Positions 1-9,819 of a stretch of 64,000 bases of DNA are shown piece after piece (position 1 is the stretch's first letter; each line of letters begins with the position of its first letter). Source of the DNA: an uncultured Verrucomicrobiae bacterium. Lineage in GTDB: Bacteria > Verrucomicrobiota > Verrucomicrobiia > Limisphaerales > Palsa-1400. Under the pieces are notes generated by a model. It did no database searches. It was given only the letters and a program-made list of their open reading frames with translations, and had not been told where the DNA came from. Made by a program: the position numbers and the translations under genes. The stretch is taken from positions 32,001-96,000 of the forward strand of contig CAVPOM010000015.1 of the NCBI GenBank assembly GCA_963707025.1, in the 5' to 3' direction.

Positions 1-281
1 ACGGATCGTTCCAGCGCTTTTTTGGCGTAGCCGGGACCGCCCAGCACGGCGGCGCTGGCCGCGACGGCCACGTCGGTGAATTCCTGCAAAATGTCCTGCT
101 GCATTTCCTGGCTGATAAAGGTCAGGCGCGTCATCTCGGCGGAAACGGCTTCCAATTCCTCCTCCTCCAGGTTCTTGAGCAGCTCGGAGGCGCTGTCCGG
201 GCCGAGGATGATGAGGAGGGCGGCCAGCTTTTGCAGCTTGGTCATGGAGGAGCTTTGCAACAAGGCGGCGGCGGTTTCCAT
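1..281 (-). CDS. fliG: Flagellar motor switch protein FliG, N-terminal part (runs off window edge)
   Basis: Manual translation METAAALLQSSSMTKLQKLAALLIILGPDSASELLKNLEEEELEAVSAEMTRL... matches the FliG N-terminus; directly downstream of fliF. Confidence 0.9.
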   Translation of the reverse strand, partial: METAAALLQSSSMTKLQKLAALLIILGPDSASELLKNLEEEELEAVSAEMTRLTFISQEMQQDILQEFTDVAVAASAAVLGGPGYAKKALERS

Positions 282-290
282 ATAGAAAAT

Positions 291-1904
291 TTAATTCTCG
301 TTCTTGGCGCGGCCCAGCCAGCTTCGCACCGCCTGGGTCATGTTGGCCGGGTTCTCCCGGATCAACTGATTGAGCACCTCCACGGTGACGACGCCCTTGC
401 CAGGCAGGACGGCCTTGGCATGGCCATTGCCGCCGGCCCGGCCGTTGGCCAGGGGATAACCGAAACGGATTTCCTCAGCCTTGGCCTTTTGGAACATGCG
501 CCAGAAGGCGAAAATGATGCCCAGGGCCAGGGCGGGATAAATGAGCTTTTGCGCCAGATCCAGCCAGACCTGCCGCTTCTCCTGCTGCTCCAATTGCTGG
601 GTCAGCTCGCGCACGGGCTGGTCGTTGAAGGGCATTTCTTCCAGCACGATTTCGTCTTGACGCACAGAGTCGCCGGCCATCTGGATGCCCAGCGCGCTCT
701 GCACGATGCGCTTCAAGGCTTCCACTTCGGCGGGAGCGCGCGGCACGGCTTTGCGCGCGGCGCCCTGGCCCTCAAAGCGCTGGGCGACGAAGACGGCGGT
801 GGAGAGGCGTTTCAATCCGCCGGCCGCCTCCATCACGTTGCTGGTGATCTTGTTGATTTCGTAGCTGCTGTTGGTGACTTTTTTGCGGGTGCGGCTGCTG
901 TTGACCGGCGCGGCGGCCACGGCGTTGCTGCCGCCGTTGTCGGCATTGGTCCCGGCGTTGGACCCGCTGCCGGGCGCGCCCCCGGCGACGGCCGTGGCCG
1001 TGTCGGTGTCCTCGTCGTTGACAGTGGTGGTGCGGGCCACCTGGCCGTCCGGGTCAAATTTTTCCTCGGTGCGGGTGGTGGTGTCCCAGTTGATCTCGGC
1101 GGAAACGCGCACGACGGCCTGGCCCGCGCCGAGGACCTTGTCGAGCATGCCTTCGGCTTTTTGGGAGAGATATTGCTCGAAGTTGCGCCGGGCGGTGAGC
1201 TGGTTGTTGGAAAGGCCCGCCACCGAATCGTTGTCGTCGTTTTGGGAAAGGACATTGCCCATGTTGTCCACCACCGAAACATTGTTGACTTGCAGGCCCT
1301 CCACGCTGTTGGCCACCAGGAAGCGGATGGAATTGACGGAGGAGGAGGGCAACTGGCCGCTGCCCTTGACGCGGACAAAGACGGAGGCGGTGGGCTTGCG
1401 CTGCGCGTCGGTGAGCAGGCGGTTCTCCGGCATGACGATCATGACGCGGGCGGATTCCACCTGGTCCAACTGGCTGATGGTGCGGGCCAGTTCGCCCTGC
1501 ACGGCCCGGGTGTAATTGGCCCGCTGCACAAAATCGGAGATGCCGAAATTGGCCTTGTCGAAAATCTCAAAGCCCACGCCTTCGCCGCGGGGAATGCCCT
1601 TGCCCGCCATCTGCATGCGCACCTGATAGACCTTGTCGGAGGGCACCAGGATGGCGCCGCCGCCGCGGCTGATTTGGTAGGGCACCTTGGCCTCGTCCAG
1701 GGCGGCAATGACTTTGGCCGCCTCCCCTTCGTCCAGTTTGCCGTAGAGCAGGGAGAATTCGGCGCGGCTGGACCAAAAGGCCAGGGCGGTCAGCCCGCCG
1801 AGCACGCCCAGGGTGGCCAGGAGGATGCTGATGCGCTGGTTGAGGCCGAGCTGTTTCCAGATGCCGGCCAGTTGCTGCAGGAGTTGGGAGATGTTTTTAT
1901 TCAT
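291..1904 (-). CDS. fliF: Flagellar M-ring protein FliF
   Basis: N-terminal TM, GFEIFDK..FG.SDF..RA.QGELARTI motif, ARVMIVMP, KPTASV, C-terminal TM. Confidence 0.95.
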   Translation of the reverse strand: MNKNISQLLQQLAGIWKQLGLNQRISILLATLGVLGGLTALAFWSSRAEFSLLYGKLDEGEAAKVIAALDEAKVPYQISRGGGAILVPSDKVYQVRMQMAGKGIPRGEGVGFEIFDKANFGISDFVQRANYTRAVQGELARTISQLDQVESARVMIVMPENRLLTDAQRKPTASVFVRVKGSGQLPSSSVNSIRFLVANSVEGLQVNNVSVVDNMGNVLSQNDDNDSVAGLSNNQLTARRNFEQYLSQKAEGMLDKVLGAGQAVVRVSAEINWDTTTRTEEKFDPDGQVARTTTVNDEDTDTATAVAGGAPGSGSNAGTNADNGGSNAVAAAPVNSSRTRKKVTNSSYEINKITSNVMEAAGGLKRLSTAVFVAQRFEGQGAARKAVPRAPAEVEALKRIVQSALGIQMAGDSVRQDEIVLEEMPFNDQPVRELTQQLEQQEKRQVWLDLAQKLIYPALALGIIFAFWRMFQKAKAEEIRFGYPLANGRAGGNGHAKAVLPGKGVVTVEVLNQLIRENPANMTQAVRSWLGRAKNEN

Positions 1905-1924
1905 GACAAAGCTGCCTTAGGAAA

Positions 1925-2314
1925 TCACACCTGCATGCGCATCAGCTCCTGGTAGGAGTCGAGCAGGCGGTTGCGCACTTCCACCATGAGCTGGAAGGAA
2001 ACGCTGGCTTCCTCCATCGCGATCATGGTCTGGTGCAGGGACACATTTTTTCCGCTGAGCAAACCGGTCACCGCCTCGCCGGCGGCGGCCTGTTTGTCGG
2101 AAACCTCCTGGACGAACCCGCCCAGGACATTGGAAAAGGAGGCCGAACCGGAGGACGGGGCGGCGCCGGGAGTGGTCAGGTCCAGGCTGGGGGACAATTG
2201 CTGCAGGTCCGGAACGGAAATCTTCGGGGCGGCGCCGGCGGCCTGGGCCGCATTGGCCAGCGGGCTTCCCATGTCGGGAAGGCCAACCATCTTCAGTGCG
2301 CCGAGTGGGTCCAT
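1925..2314 (-). CDS. fliE: Flagellar hook-basal body protein FliE
   Basis: C-terminal LHQTMIAMEEASVSFQLMVEVRNRLLDSYQELMRMQV. Confidence 0.95.
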   Translation of the reverse strand: MDPLGALKMVGLPDMGSPLANAAQAAGAAPKISVPDLQQLSPSLDLTTPGAAPSSGSASFSNVLGGFVQEVSDKQAAAGEAVTGLLSGKNVSLHQTMIAMEEASVSFQLMVEVRNRLLDSYQELMRMQV

Positions 2315-2329
2315 GAGGTGCGGGGGTTA

Positions 2330-2754
2330 TCAATGCTTGCCGATGGACAGGGCGGCCATGGCCATGGTGTGGGCGTTTTTGGCCACGGCCAGATTGGCCT
2401 CGTAAGTGCGGGAGGCGGCGATCATGTCCACCATCTCCTCGTGGATGTTGATGTCCGGCACGGCCACCATGCCGTGTTCATTGGCGTCGGGATGGCCCGG
2501 CATATAAACCAGGCGCGGCGGGCGGGGGTCGGTTTCGATGCGGGCGATTTGCACTTGTTGCGTCCCGGCCGTTTCCCCCTCCTGCTGGGCGCGCAGCACC
2601 GAGGCGAAGACCACTTGCTGGCGCTGGTAAGGCTTGCCGTCGAGCCCTTGGTGATGTTGATGTTGGCGATGTTCTGCGAAACCACGTCCATGCGGATGCG
2701 CTCCGCGTCCAGGGCGGCGGCGGTGTTGTTGATCCCGGTAAGAAGGCTGATCAT
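2330..2754 (-). CDS. flgC: Flagellar basal-body rod protein FlgC, one-base frameshift near 2645
   Basis: N-half ..ALDAERIRMDVVSQNIAN and C-half PYQRQQVVF..YMPGHPDA..EMVDMIAASRTYEAN lie in different frames. Confidence 0.9.
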
Positions 2755-2767
2755 AATTCAATGGGAG

Positions 2768-3145
2768 TTACCGGCCGGTGATGGCCAGCCGCATTTTCGC
2801 CAGCGCGGCGCTGACCAACTGCGTTTCCAGCGCGTCCTCAAAAGTGTTTTGGTTGAGTTTCAACATCTCCGATTCCAGGGTCACGGTGTTGCCGTCGCTG
2901 CGTCCCGAAACCGCCAGCCCGTCCACCGCCAGGCTGGGCTGCAGACCGGCGATTTGCGCCGGGTCGCCGCTTTTGACCGCCTGGCTTAATTGCGCTTCGA
3001 AGGACGGCGCGACGTCCAGGCGCTTGTAATTGGGCGTTTCCAAATTGGACAAGTTGCTGGCGATGGCTTCCTGGCGCAGGACGGTGGCGTCCAGCATCTT
3101 TTTGGCGGCCACATAAGTGGGCTGGTTGAAAATGGCGTCTATCAT
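2768..3145 (-). CDS. flgB: Flagellar basal-body rod protein FlgB
   Basis: LRQEAIASNLSNLETPNYKRLDV and DGNTVTLESEM motifs. Confidence 0.95.
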   Translation of the reverse strand: MIDAIFNQPTYVAAKKMLDATVLRQEAIASNLSNLETPNYKRLDVAPSFEAQLSQAVKSGDPAQIAGLQPSLAVDGLAVSGRSDGNTVTLESEMLKLNQNTFEDALETQLVSAALAKMRLAITGR

Positions 3146-3168
3146 GGCTCAAGAGCTTGCTCCTTCTT

Positions 3169-3184
3169 AGCAGCCCACATGCCA
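3169..3184 (-). promoter_or_regulatory. Putative sigma54 (-24/-12) promoter of the flgB operon
   Basis: Minus strand TGGCATGTGGGCTGCT has GG-N10-GC spacing, 24-39 bp upstream of the flgB ATG. Confidence 0.65.
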
Positions 3185-3367
3185 GCCCGACGAAAGCCTT
3201 GTCCTGCGGGGAGTTGCGCGGGATGCGGGGAGTCGAATGTGGCAATTATTGCCAGCGCGCGCCGACATCGGTAGGCAAGAATGACCGGGGTCCAGGAATC
3301 CGCCCGGACAGGCAAAATCGTCCACCTCCATCCCGCCATCCTTCACAACAAACAGCGGTTCAAATAA

Positions 3368-3441
3368 TGAGGGCGGCGGTTTTGCGGAGTGGAGGCTGAA
3401 GGAAGCGGCGAGCGAAGCCGGAGCGAAAGCCGCCGCCCTCA
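3368..3441. repeat. REP-like palindrome
   Basis: TGAGGGCGGCGG ... CCGCCGCCCTCA inverted repeat. Confidence 0.6.
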
Positions 3442-3502
3442 GAACGCGGGGAAAATGCCTCTTACAGCTTGCCAAAAAGAAATCTTACGGGATAATTCAA
3501 CC

Positions 3503-3712
3503 ATGAGTGCGTTTGAAATCATTGAGCAAATCAAAGAATTGCCCGCGAACGAACAGGTGCGAGTCGCAAAGTTCATCGCTGAAAACGGCAGTTCGATGAC
3601 GTGCCGCCAATTTTCCGTCGGCACAGAAGGCGACGGACTGCCCGTTATCCGCGCCCAGGGCGGAACCATCACTTCGCAACTCGTTCACGAGATTGAAAGC
3701 CGGACGCCGTGA
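3503..3712 (+). CDS. Small putative antitoxin (VapB-like)
   Basis: 69 aa; its stop overlaps (GTGA) a PIN-toxin-like start. Confidence 0.55.
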   Translation: MSAFEIIEQIKELPANEQVRVAKFIAENGSSMTCRQFSVGTEGDGLPVIRAQGGTITSQLVHEIESRTP

Positions 3713-3755
3713 CCCGACTGCTTGATGTCAACCTGCTCATGGCGTTGCTTTGCGG
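3709..3755 (+). pseudogene. VapC/PIN toxin N-terminal remnant
   Basis: MTRLLDVNLLMALL resembles the first PIN beta strand (LLDVN); similarity is lost after about 14 codons. Confidence 0.55.
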
Positions 3756-3915
3756 AAAACTCGGCGCAGAATTCAACAGAGGATCTTTCAAAGGTTTACG
3801 GTCCGTGCGACATCACGGTATCCGAAAGAATTTGCAGCTACCTTCCATCCGATTTGCGCTAAATTCGATTTACATCTGACCCAGCACTCATGTAGCATCC
3901 AGCCGAAAAGGTGAT

Positions 3916-4209
3916 ATGCCAAAGATAGACGTGAACCTAATCAAGTCGATATTTGATAACGCCGTCAAAGTCGAGCGGTTCAGCGAGCCCAGGCTCTTTG
4001 AGCAAACGAAACCTCTGCGAGAATGGGAACCGGCCGCTGTTCTCCACAACAAACTTCTCGAAATACTCACGGCAGCGCAGGTTGAGACAGTCCATCGCCG
4101 TATGACGCGCGCCGTTTACTTCATCGAGTTGGTTAAGAGTGATAAAGGCGATGGAGATGTAACGGCCTGTAACGGCAATGTAACGGCTCGCCAAGTCGTA
4201 AAGCCTTGA
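3916..4209 (+). CDS. Hypothetical protein or gene remnant
   Basis: 97 aa lower-GC ORF running into the TGTAACGG repeats; no recognised motif. Confidence 0.3.
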   Translation: MPKIDVNLIKSIFDNAVKVERFSEPRLFEQTKPLREWEPAAVLHNKLLEILTAAQVETVHRRMTRAVYFIELVKSDKGDGDVTACNGNVTARQVVKP

Positions 4210-4368
4210 GCATCAACATGTGTAACGGTGTAACGGCTGTAACGCACCTCACCCAGGAAGGCTGCCTCAACACCAAGATGTAACCAATTGTAACGGCTAT
4301 GTAACGGCCATGTAACGGCTGGCCAAGTCGTAAAACCTTGAGCATCAACATGTGTAACGGTGTAACGG
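4158..4368 (+). repeat. Iteron-like TGTAACGG array in two duplicated blocks 132 bp apart
   Basis: 12 TGTAAC(GG) copies; the core CCAAGTCGTAAARCCTTGAGCATCAACATG occurs twice. Confidence 0.9.
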
Positions 4369-4536
4369 GTCGGGCGCACCTCAAGCGGCCTGATGAGGCA
4401 TTTCGAATTGATAATTGAAAACTTACAATTTGCAATTCGCGATTAAGCCGTACCCCGCTGAACATTGAGGTGCGTCAGTCCAGCCGGGACGCATGCCTTT
4501 CCCGGCCCACCCAAAAGAATGAGGCGTCAGGCAAGG

Positions 4537-5949
4537 CTATGGTTCCCAGCCGCCCCCTAGGGCTTTGTAGAGGGCGATCAAATCGGCGGAGACGGCGCGG
4601 TCGCTTTCGATCAGGGCGTCCTGGCTTTGGTAGAGGGAGCGTTGCGCTTCCAGCACGCGCAGGAAATCGGCCAGGCCGTGCTGATAAAGGTCCCGGGCCA
4701 GGACCACCGCCTGCTCGCCGGCCTGGGCGGCGTGGGCGAGGGATTGGCGGCGGGTCTGTTCCCGGGCGTAGGCGGTCAGGGCGGTTTCCACATCGGTGAA
4801 GGCGGCGAGCATGGATTGCTCATAAGCGGCCAGCGCCTGGTCCACACGCGCGTTTTGCACGCGAATGTTGGCCCGGATGCGGCCGGCGTCGAAAACCCGC
4901 CATTGCACGGTGGGGCCGGCCGTCCAATAGCGGCTGCCGGCGTTAAACCAGTCGCCCGGGCTGATGCTTTGCAGCCCAATGTCTCCTGTCAATGAGAATT
5001 TTGGATAAAGGTCGGAGGCGGCCGCGCCGACGCGGGCGGTGGCCGCGGCCAGTTGCCGCTCCGCCTGCTGCACGTCGGGACGCCGCTGGAGGAGGTCCGA
5101 GGGCAGGCCGACGGGCACGGCCGGGGGCGCGGCGGGGATGGGGGCGGCGTTGGTCAGTTCCTCGAGCAGCGCGCCCGGCGGCTGTCCCAGCAGCAGCGCC
5201 AATTGATAAACCGAATCCCGGAAGCCGGTCTCAAAAACCGGGGTCTGCGCCCGGGTCGTGGCCAGGAGCGCGTCGGCTTCCTGCACGTCCAGTTCGCCGG
5301 TCAATCCCTTGGCGAACCGGTCGCGGGTCAAGGCGAGGATTTGTTCCTGGGCGCTGATGTTTTCGCCGGCCACGGCCAGGCGTCGCTGGAAGGCGCGGGC
5401 CTGGACGTAATGGCGGGCCACTTCGGCAAAAATGGTGATCAACAAATTGCGGCGGCCAAATTCGGCGGCGGCGACCTCGGCGCGGGCGGCCTGGCTGGCG
5501 CGGCGCGTGCCGCCAAAGACATCCAGTTCCCACGCCGCGTCGAAACCGGCCTGATAGACATCGGCGTCCAGCGGCGCTCCCGGCGGGAAGGGGAAAACTC
5601 CGTTGGCGCTGAAACGGTTGCGCGCATAAGAGCCGGCGGTGTCAAGCGTTGGCCCAAGGTCAGCGGAAACCAGGCGGGCGGCGGCGCGGGCTTCGCGGAC
5701 GCGCGCCACGGCGGCGCGAAGATTTAGGTTTGACTGCGCGGCCCGCCCGACCAGCGCATCCAATTCCGCGTCGTGAAAGGATTTCCACCAGGCCGCCCCG
5801 GCCGCCGGCAGGTTGGTTTCCCCGCCCGCCTGGGGCGAGGCCCATTGGGCCGGCGCGGCGGTTTGGGGCGGATGATAGTCCGGCCCGACCGTGCAGCCGG
5901 CCAGCAGGCCCGCCAGGAGGAACGGAATGGCGCGCGGGAAAGGGATCAT
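4537..5949 (-). CDS. Efflux outer-membrane factor lipoprotein (NodT/OprM family)
   Basis: Lipobox LAGC-TVGPDY, WW..F.D..L, WELDVFG, PSDLLQRRPDV, LYKALGGGW. Confidence 0.92.
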   Translation of the reverse strand: MIPFPRAIPFLLAGLLAGCTVGPDYHPPQTAAPAQWASPQAGGETNLPAAGAAWWKSFHDAELDALVGRAAQSNLNLRAAVARVREARAAARLVSADLGPTLDTAGSYARNRFSANGVFPFPPGAPLDADVYQAGFDAAWELDVFGGTRRASQAARAEVAAAEFGRRNLLITIFAEVARHYVQARAFQRRLAVAGENISAQEQILALTRDRFAKGLTGELDVQEADALLATTRAQTPVFETGFRDSVYQLALLLGQPPGALLEELTNAAPIPAAPPAVPVGLPSDLLQRRPDVQQAERQLAAATARVGAAASDLYPKFSLTGDIGLQSISPGDWFNAGSRYWTAGPTVQWRVFDAGRIRANIRVQNARVDQALAAYEQSMLAAFTDVETALTAYAREQTRRQSLAHAAQAGEQAVVLARDLYQHGLADFLRVLEAQRSLYQSQDALIESDRAVSADLIALYKALGGGWEP

Positions 5950-6581
5950 GGGGCCGGGGCCTCGCGCCGGTTGGCGGCGGCGATGAGGCTGAGAATGGTT
6001 TCGACGGCGGCGTCCACGCCCGCGGCGGTGTTGAGCATGGCGTGATAAAGATGACGCGAAGGCCACTCGGCTTTATAGTAATGGCGGATGAAGGCGATGC
6101 GTTCCTGGTCCACCGTGTCCATCAATTGCCGGGCCTCGGCCGGACTTTTCACGCTGGCCAGGACGCGCTGGTATCTGAGTTCGGGCGGGGCGTAGAGGAA
6201 GACGCAGAAGGTATCGGGGCGATCCCGCAGGAAGTAGGCCGCGGCCCGCCCGACGATGACGCACTGGCCCTCCGCCGCCGCCTGGGCAATGACTTGCTGG
6301 GCGAGTTGGATGAGGCGGTCGGCGTCAACAATATCGGCATCGGGCAGGGTGACGCTGCGCTCGTGGCTGCCGCGCCAGAAGACTTTGGCCAGGCGGTAGA
6401 GCCAGGGATCCACGCGTTCCTCGCGGTGCTGGCAGGCTTCGGGACTGACTTTGGCCAGCCGGGCAATCTCCCCCGTCAGGGCGTGGTCGAGCAGTTTCCA
6501 GCCCAGTTGGCGCGCGAGCTGATCGGCGATGGCGCCGGCGCCGGCGCCGAATTCACGTTCGATGACAACGACTCGTTTCAT
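5946..6581 (-). CDS. Cytidylate kinase-like family protein
   Basis: VVVIEREFGAGAG..A.QLARQLGW, CVIVGRAA, VFLYAP..R..R, D.ER..FIRHYY, YHAMLNT. Confidence 0.85.
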   Translation of the reverse strand: MKRVVVIEREFGAGAGAIADQLARQLGWKLLDHALTGEIARLAKVSPEACQHREERVDPWLYRLAKVFWRGSHERSVTLPDADIVDADRLIQLAQQVIAQAAAEGQCVIVGRAAAYFLRDRPDTFCVFLYAPPELRYQRVLASVKSPAEARQLMDTVDQERIAFIRHYYKAEWPSRHLYHAMLNTAAGVDAAVETILSLIAAANRREAPAP

Positions 6582-6591
6582 GGCAAGCGCA

Positions 6592-8148
6592 TTAGTGGGC
6601 AGCAAGGGCGGGGCCGGACCGCTTGACCTCGCGGAGGAGCCAAACGCCGAGGGCACAGGCCAGGCCCAGCCACATGAAGGCGTAGAACAGTTCGATGAAC
6701 GCCCAATAGCTGGTTTGCTGGTGAACCATGTTGTAAATCACGCCTTCGGCCCGCAGCCGGGCGTCGGCCGGGCTGAAATGGGATTGCAGCGCGCCCTGCA
6801 CCCGGCCGAGGTTTTGCAGGTAAATCGGGTTCAAGGTGGAAATGGAGGAGGTCATAAAGGCCTGATGCGCCTGGGCAAAGCGCTCCAGCATGGTGGCGAC
6901 AATGGCGATGCCGACGCTGCCGCCGATGTTGCGCACCAGATTCTGGATGCCGGCGGCATTGCCGATTTGATCGTTGCGCAGGGTGGCCAGCCCGACGGTA
7001 GTCAACGGCACAAAAATGAAGCCGGCGCCAAAACCGTTCATGATATTGGCGGGAACAATGCTGCTCCGGGCGATTTGCAGGGAGAACCGGCTGAAAAGAA
7101 ATGCGCTCAAGGAAAAGACGATAAAACCGAAGGCCGCCAGCCTTCGCCCGCCCAGCCTGGCAATCAACGCTCCCACCACGAACAGCGCGAAAAAGGCACC
7201 GATGCCCCGCGGCGTGACTGTCAATCCGGCCTCCAGCGCGGTGTAGCCCAGCAGGGTTTGCAGAAAAAGCGGTTGCAGAGTGACCAGTCCGTATATGGCC
7301 GCGCCGAAGAGAAAAAACAAGGCGCAGGCCACGGCAAAATTGCGGTTCTTGAAAATGCGCAGGTTGACAATCGGGTCCTTGACGCGCAGTTCCCAAAATA
7401 TGAAAAACAAGAGCGAGCCGGCGGCAATTCCGGCCAGCCAGCGCATCCAGGGCGTGCCAAACCAATCCACTTCCTGTCCCCGGTCCAGCAGGATTTGCAG
7501 CATGCCCAGGCTCAGGGCCATGAAGCCCAGGCCAACGCTGTCAATTCGTCCGGGCTTGCCTTCCCGAATCCAAGGCGGGTCGTCCACGAAGAGCGAGATC
7601 ATAAACACTGCCAGGATGCTGACCGGGATATTGATGTAAAAGGCCCAGCGCCACGACCAGGTGTCGGTCAGCCAGCCGCCCAGCGTCGGCCCCAGAATGG
7701 GCGCGCAGACGACCCCGACGCCATAGACGGCCATGGCCGTGCCCCGTTTGGCCGGCGGAAAACTTTCCAGCATGATGGCCTGGGCCAGCGGCTGGAGAGC
7801 GCCGCCGCCCGCGCCCTGGAGCACGCGCGCGGCAATGAGCATGGGCAGGCTGGTGGCCGCTCCGCAGAGAAAGGAGGATACTGAAAATATGACGATGCAG
7901 GTGATCAAAAACCGCTTCCTCCCGAAATACCGCGCCAGCCAGCCGCTGGCCGGCAGGACAATGGCGTTGGAAACCAGATAACTGGTCAGCACCCACGTCG
8001 CTTCCGACAGGGTCGCGCCCAGGTTCCCGCCGATGTACGGCAGCGCGACCGCCGCGATGGAAGTGTCCAGCACTTCCATGAACGTGGCCAGCATCACCGC
8101 CGCCGCGATCCACCAGGGATTGACACGGGGACGCCACGATTCGCTCAT
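6592..8148 (-). CDS. emrB: DHA2 family MFS multidrug efflux permease (EmrB/QacA)
   Basis: ATFMEVLDTSI, WVLTSYLVSNAI, RVLQGAGGG, WRWAFYINIP; about 14 TM segments. Confidence 0.92.
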   Translation of the reverse strand: MSESWRPRVNPWWIAAAVMLATFMEVLDTSIAAVALPYIGGNLGATLSEATWVLTSYLVSNAIVLPASGWLARYFGRKRFLITCIVIFSVSSFLCGAATSLPMLIAARVLQGAGGGALQPLAQAIMLESFPPAKRGTAMAVYGVGVVCAPILGPTLGGWLTDTWSWRWAFYINIPVSILAVFMISLFVDDPPWIREGKPGRIDSVGLGFMALSLGMLQILLDRGQEVDWFGTPWMRWLAGIAAGSLLFFIFWELRVKDPIVNLRIFKNRNFAVACALFFLFGAAIYGLVTLQPLFLQTLLGYTALEAGLTVTPRGIGAFFALFVVGALIARLGGRRLAAFGFIVFSLSAFLFSRFSLQIARSSIVPANIMNGFGAGFIFVPLTTVGLATLRNDQIGNAAGIQNLVRNIGGSVGIAIVATMLERFAQAHQAFMTSSISTLNPIYLQNLGRVQGALQSHFSPADARLRAEGVIYNMVHQQTSYWAFIELFYAFMWLGLACALGVWLLREVKRSGPALAAH

Positions 8149-9249
8149 TGCACCCTCACCTTGGGTTGGACGGACAAGCCCGGGGCCAGGTTGAATTGGG
8201 ACAAGTCAACCGGTTCGTCAAATATAATTTTCACCGGCACCCGTTGCACGACCTTGACGTAGTTGCCCACGGCGTTTTCCGGCGGCAGCAGGCTGAAGCG
8301 CGCCCCGGCCCCGGCCTGGAGGCTGTCCACCTTCCCGTGGAATTGGTGCTGCGGATAGGCGTCAACCTGGATGAGCACCGGCTGGCCGGGACGCATCCGC
8401 GCCAATTGCGTCTCCTTGAAATTGGCCACCACCCAGAACGTCCTCCGGCACCAGGGCCAGCAGCGCCTGGCCGGTTTGCACGTAAGCCCCCTGCTCCACC
8501 GTGCGGCGGGTGACGCGCCCGTCCCGCGGCGCAAAGACGGTGGTGTAGGAAAGCTGCAATTGCGCCTGTTGCAGCCGCACCTGGGCCTGTTGCACCTGGG
8601 CGCGGGCGGTCTGGACATCGGCGCGGTCGAGGCCCACTTGCGCGACGGCGGCCTTGGCTTTGTTGCGGGCCACCTCCACCTCGGCGGCGCCCGAGTTGGC
8701 CTGGGCTTTGGCCAGATCAAGCTGGCTGCGCGAGACGGCCTGGCTTTGCACCGATTCGTAGCGGAGGCGGTCCGCCTGGGCGCGGTCGGCGGCGGCCTGG
8801 GCGGCGACAATCGCGGCGGTTTCCTCATCGGCCTTGGCCTGGTCAACACTGACCAGCGCTTCGGCCTGGCGGACGCGGCTGTTGGCGGTGGCCAGATCGG
8901 CCGCGGCCTGGTCCAGCAGCGTCTGGTAATCCCGCGCGTCTATTTCCAGCAGCACATCCCCCGCCTTGACCCGCTGGTTGTCCGTCGCAAGCAACTTTTG
9001 CACCTGACCGGAAATCCGCGGACTGACAAAGGTGACGTAACTTTCAATAAAAGCGTCGTCCGTCGTTTCGTAGGGCGCGATGTAACGGACGTAATACCAG
9101 GCGCTGGCGCCGATGGCGGCCAGCACGATCACCACGAAAATGAAGAAACCCGGCCCCAACCGCCGGCGGGGCGGCGGCAGGGAGGCCGTCTCCGGGACGG
9201 CCGGACGCGGCGATGGGCTGGATTGATTTGTCGGGATCTTTTCGTCCAT
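8145..9249 (-). CDS. emrA: EmrA/HlyD membrane fusion protein, frameshift near 8438
   Basis: TTDDAFIE..SPRISG in one frame; WVVANFKETQL..FSLLPPENAVGNYVKVVQRVPVKI in another. Confidence 0.88.
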
Positions 9250-9472
9250 GAACAAACTGAAACTCTGGCGTAACAACCGCCAGTTTCAATGAACACGTTG
9301 GCCGAACGCCCGCCTTTTGTCAAAACCTTGCGCCACCCCCCCTCTCCTTGCGGGAGGGCGAGACTCCGTCGAGCCGTGACTCGATTGCGTGGGTCGGGTT
9401 CAACGAATGCTGCTTCCAAGGCGGCAACACTATTCCTCCCTCAACCTGGCAAGCTCCTCGCGCAGCAACTCC

Positions 9473-9763
9473 TCACGCCGGCACCAGTTCCAATTTAATG
9501 CGCTGGCCCAAGGCACGGGCTGCTTTTTCCAAGGTCGTCAAGGTCATGGACGGATTGGAACCGTCCAACATGCGATCCACGGCGGCGCGGCTGGTCTTCA
9601 TTCGCAGAGCCATGTCGCCTTTGGAGAGGGATTTTTGTTCGATGAGCCTGGCCAGTTGCAGGGCCAAGGCGCGTTTGAGGGCGCGCGCTTCCACTTCTTC
9701 CAACACGCCGTCTTCCGCGAGAAAATCCCGGAAATCGCTTCCCCGATGCTTTTTCTTAGTCAT
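9473..9763 (-). CDS. XRE/HigA-like HTH antitoxin with no adjacent toxin
   Basis: HRGSDFRDFLAEDG..MA.RMKTSRAAVDRMLD..N.SMTL.TL.KAA.ALG. Confidence 0.8.
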   Translation of the reverse strand: MTKKKHRGSDFRDFLAEDGVLEEVEARALKRALALQLARLIEQKSLSKGDMALRMKTSRAAVDRMLDGSNPSMTLTTLEKAARALGQRIKLELVPA

Positions 9764-9790
9764 GGTCTGGCAGGTGCTCTCAAAACAACT

Positions 9791-9806
9791 GTATCAAAAA
9801 TGATAC
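9791..9806. promoter_or_regulatory. Palindromic operator upstream of the HigA-like gene
   Basis: GTATCA-AAAA-TGATAC, about 30 bp upstream of the ATG. Confidence 0.6.
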
Positions 9807-9819
9807 TAATGTCAAGCCG

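Noticed and set aside
231..1955. Long antisense ORFs (also 16616-19048, 28952-30790 and others)
   Set aside because: Shadows of high-GC genes on the opposite strand.
4158..4368. CRISPR array
   Set aside because: Repeats are 8 bp with no unique regular spacers and no cas genes.
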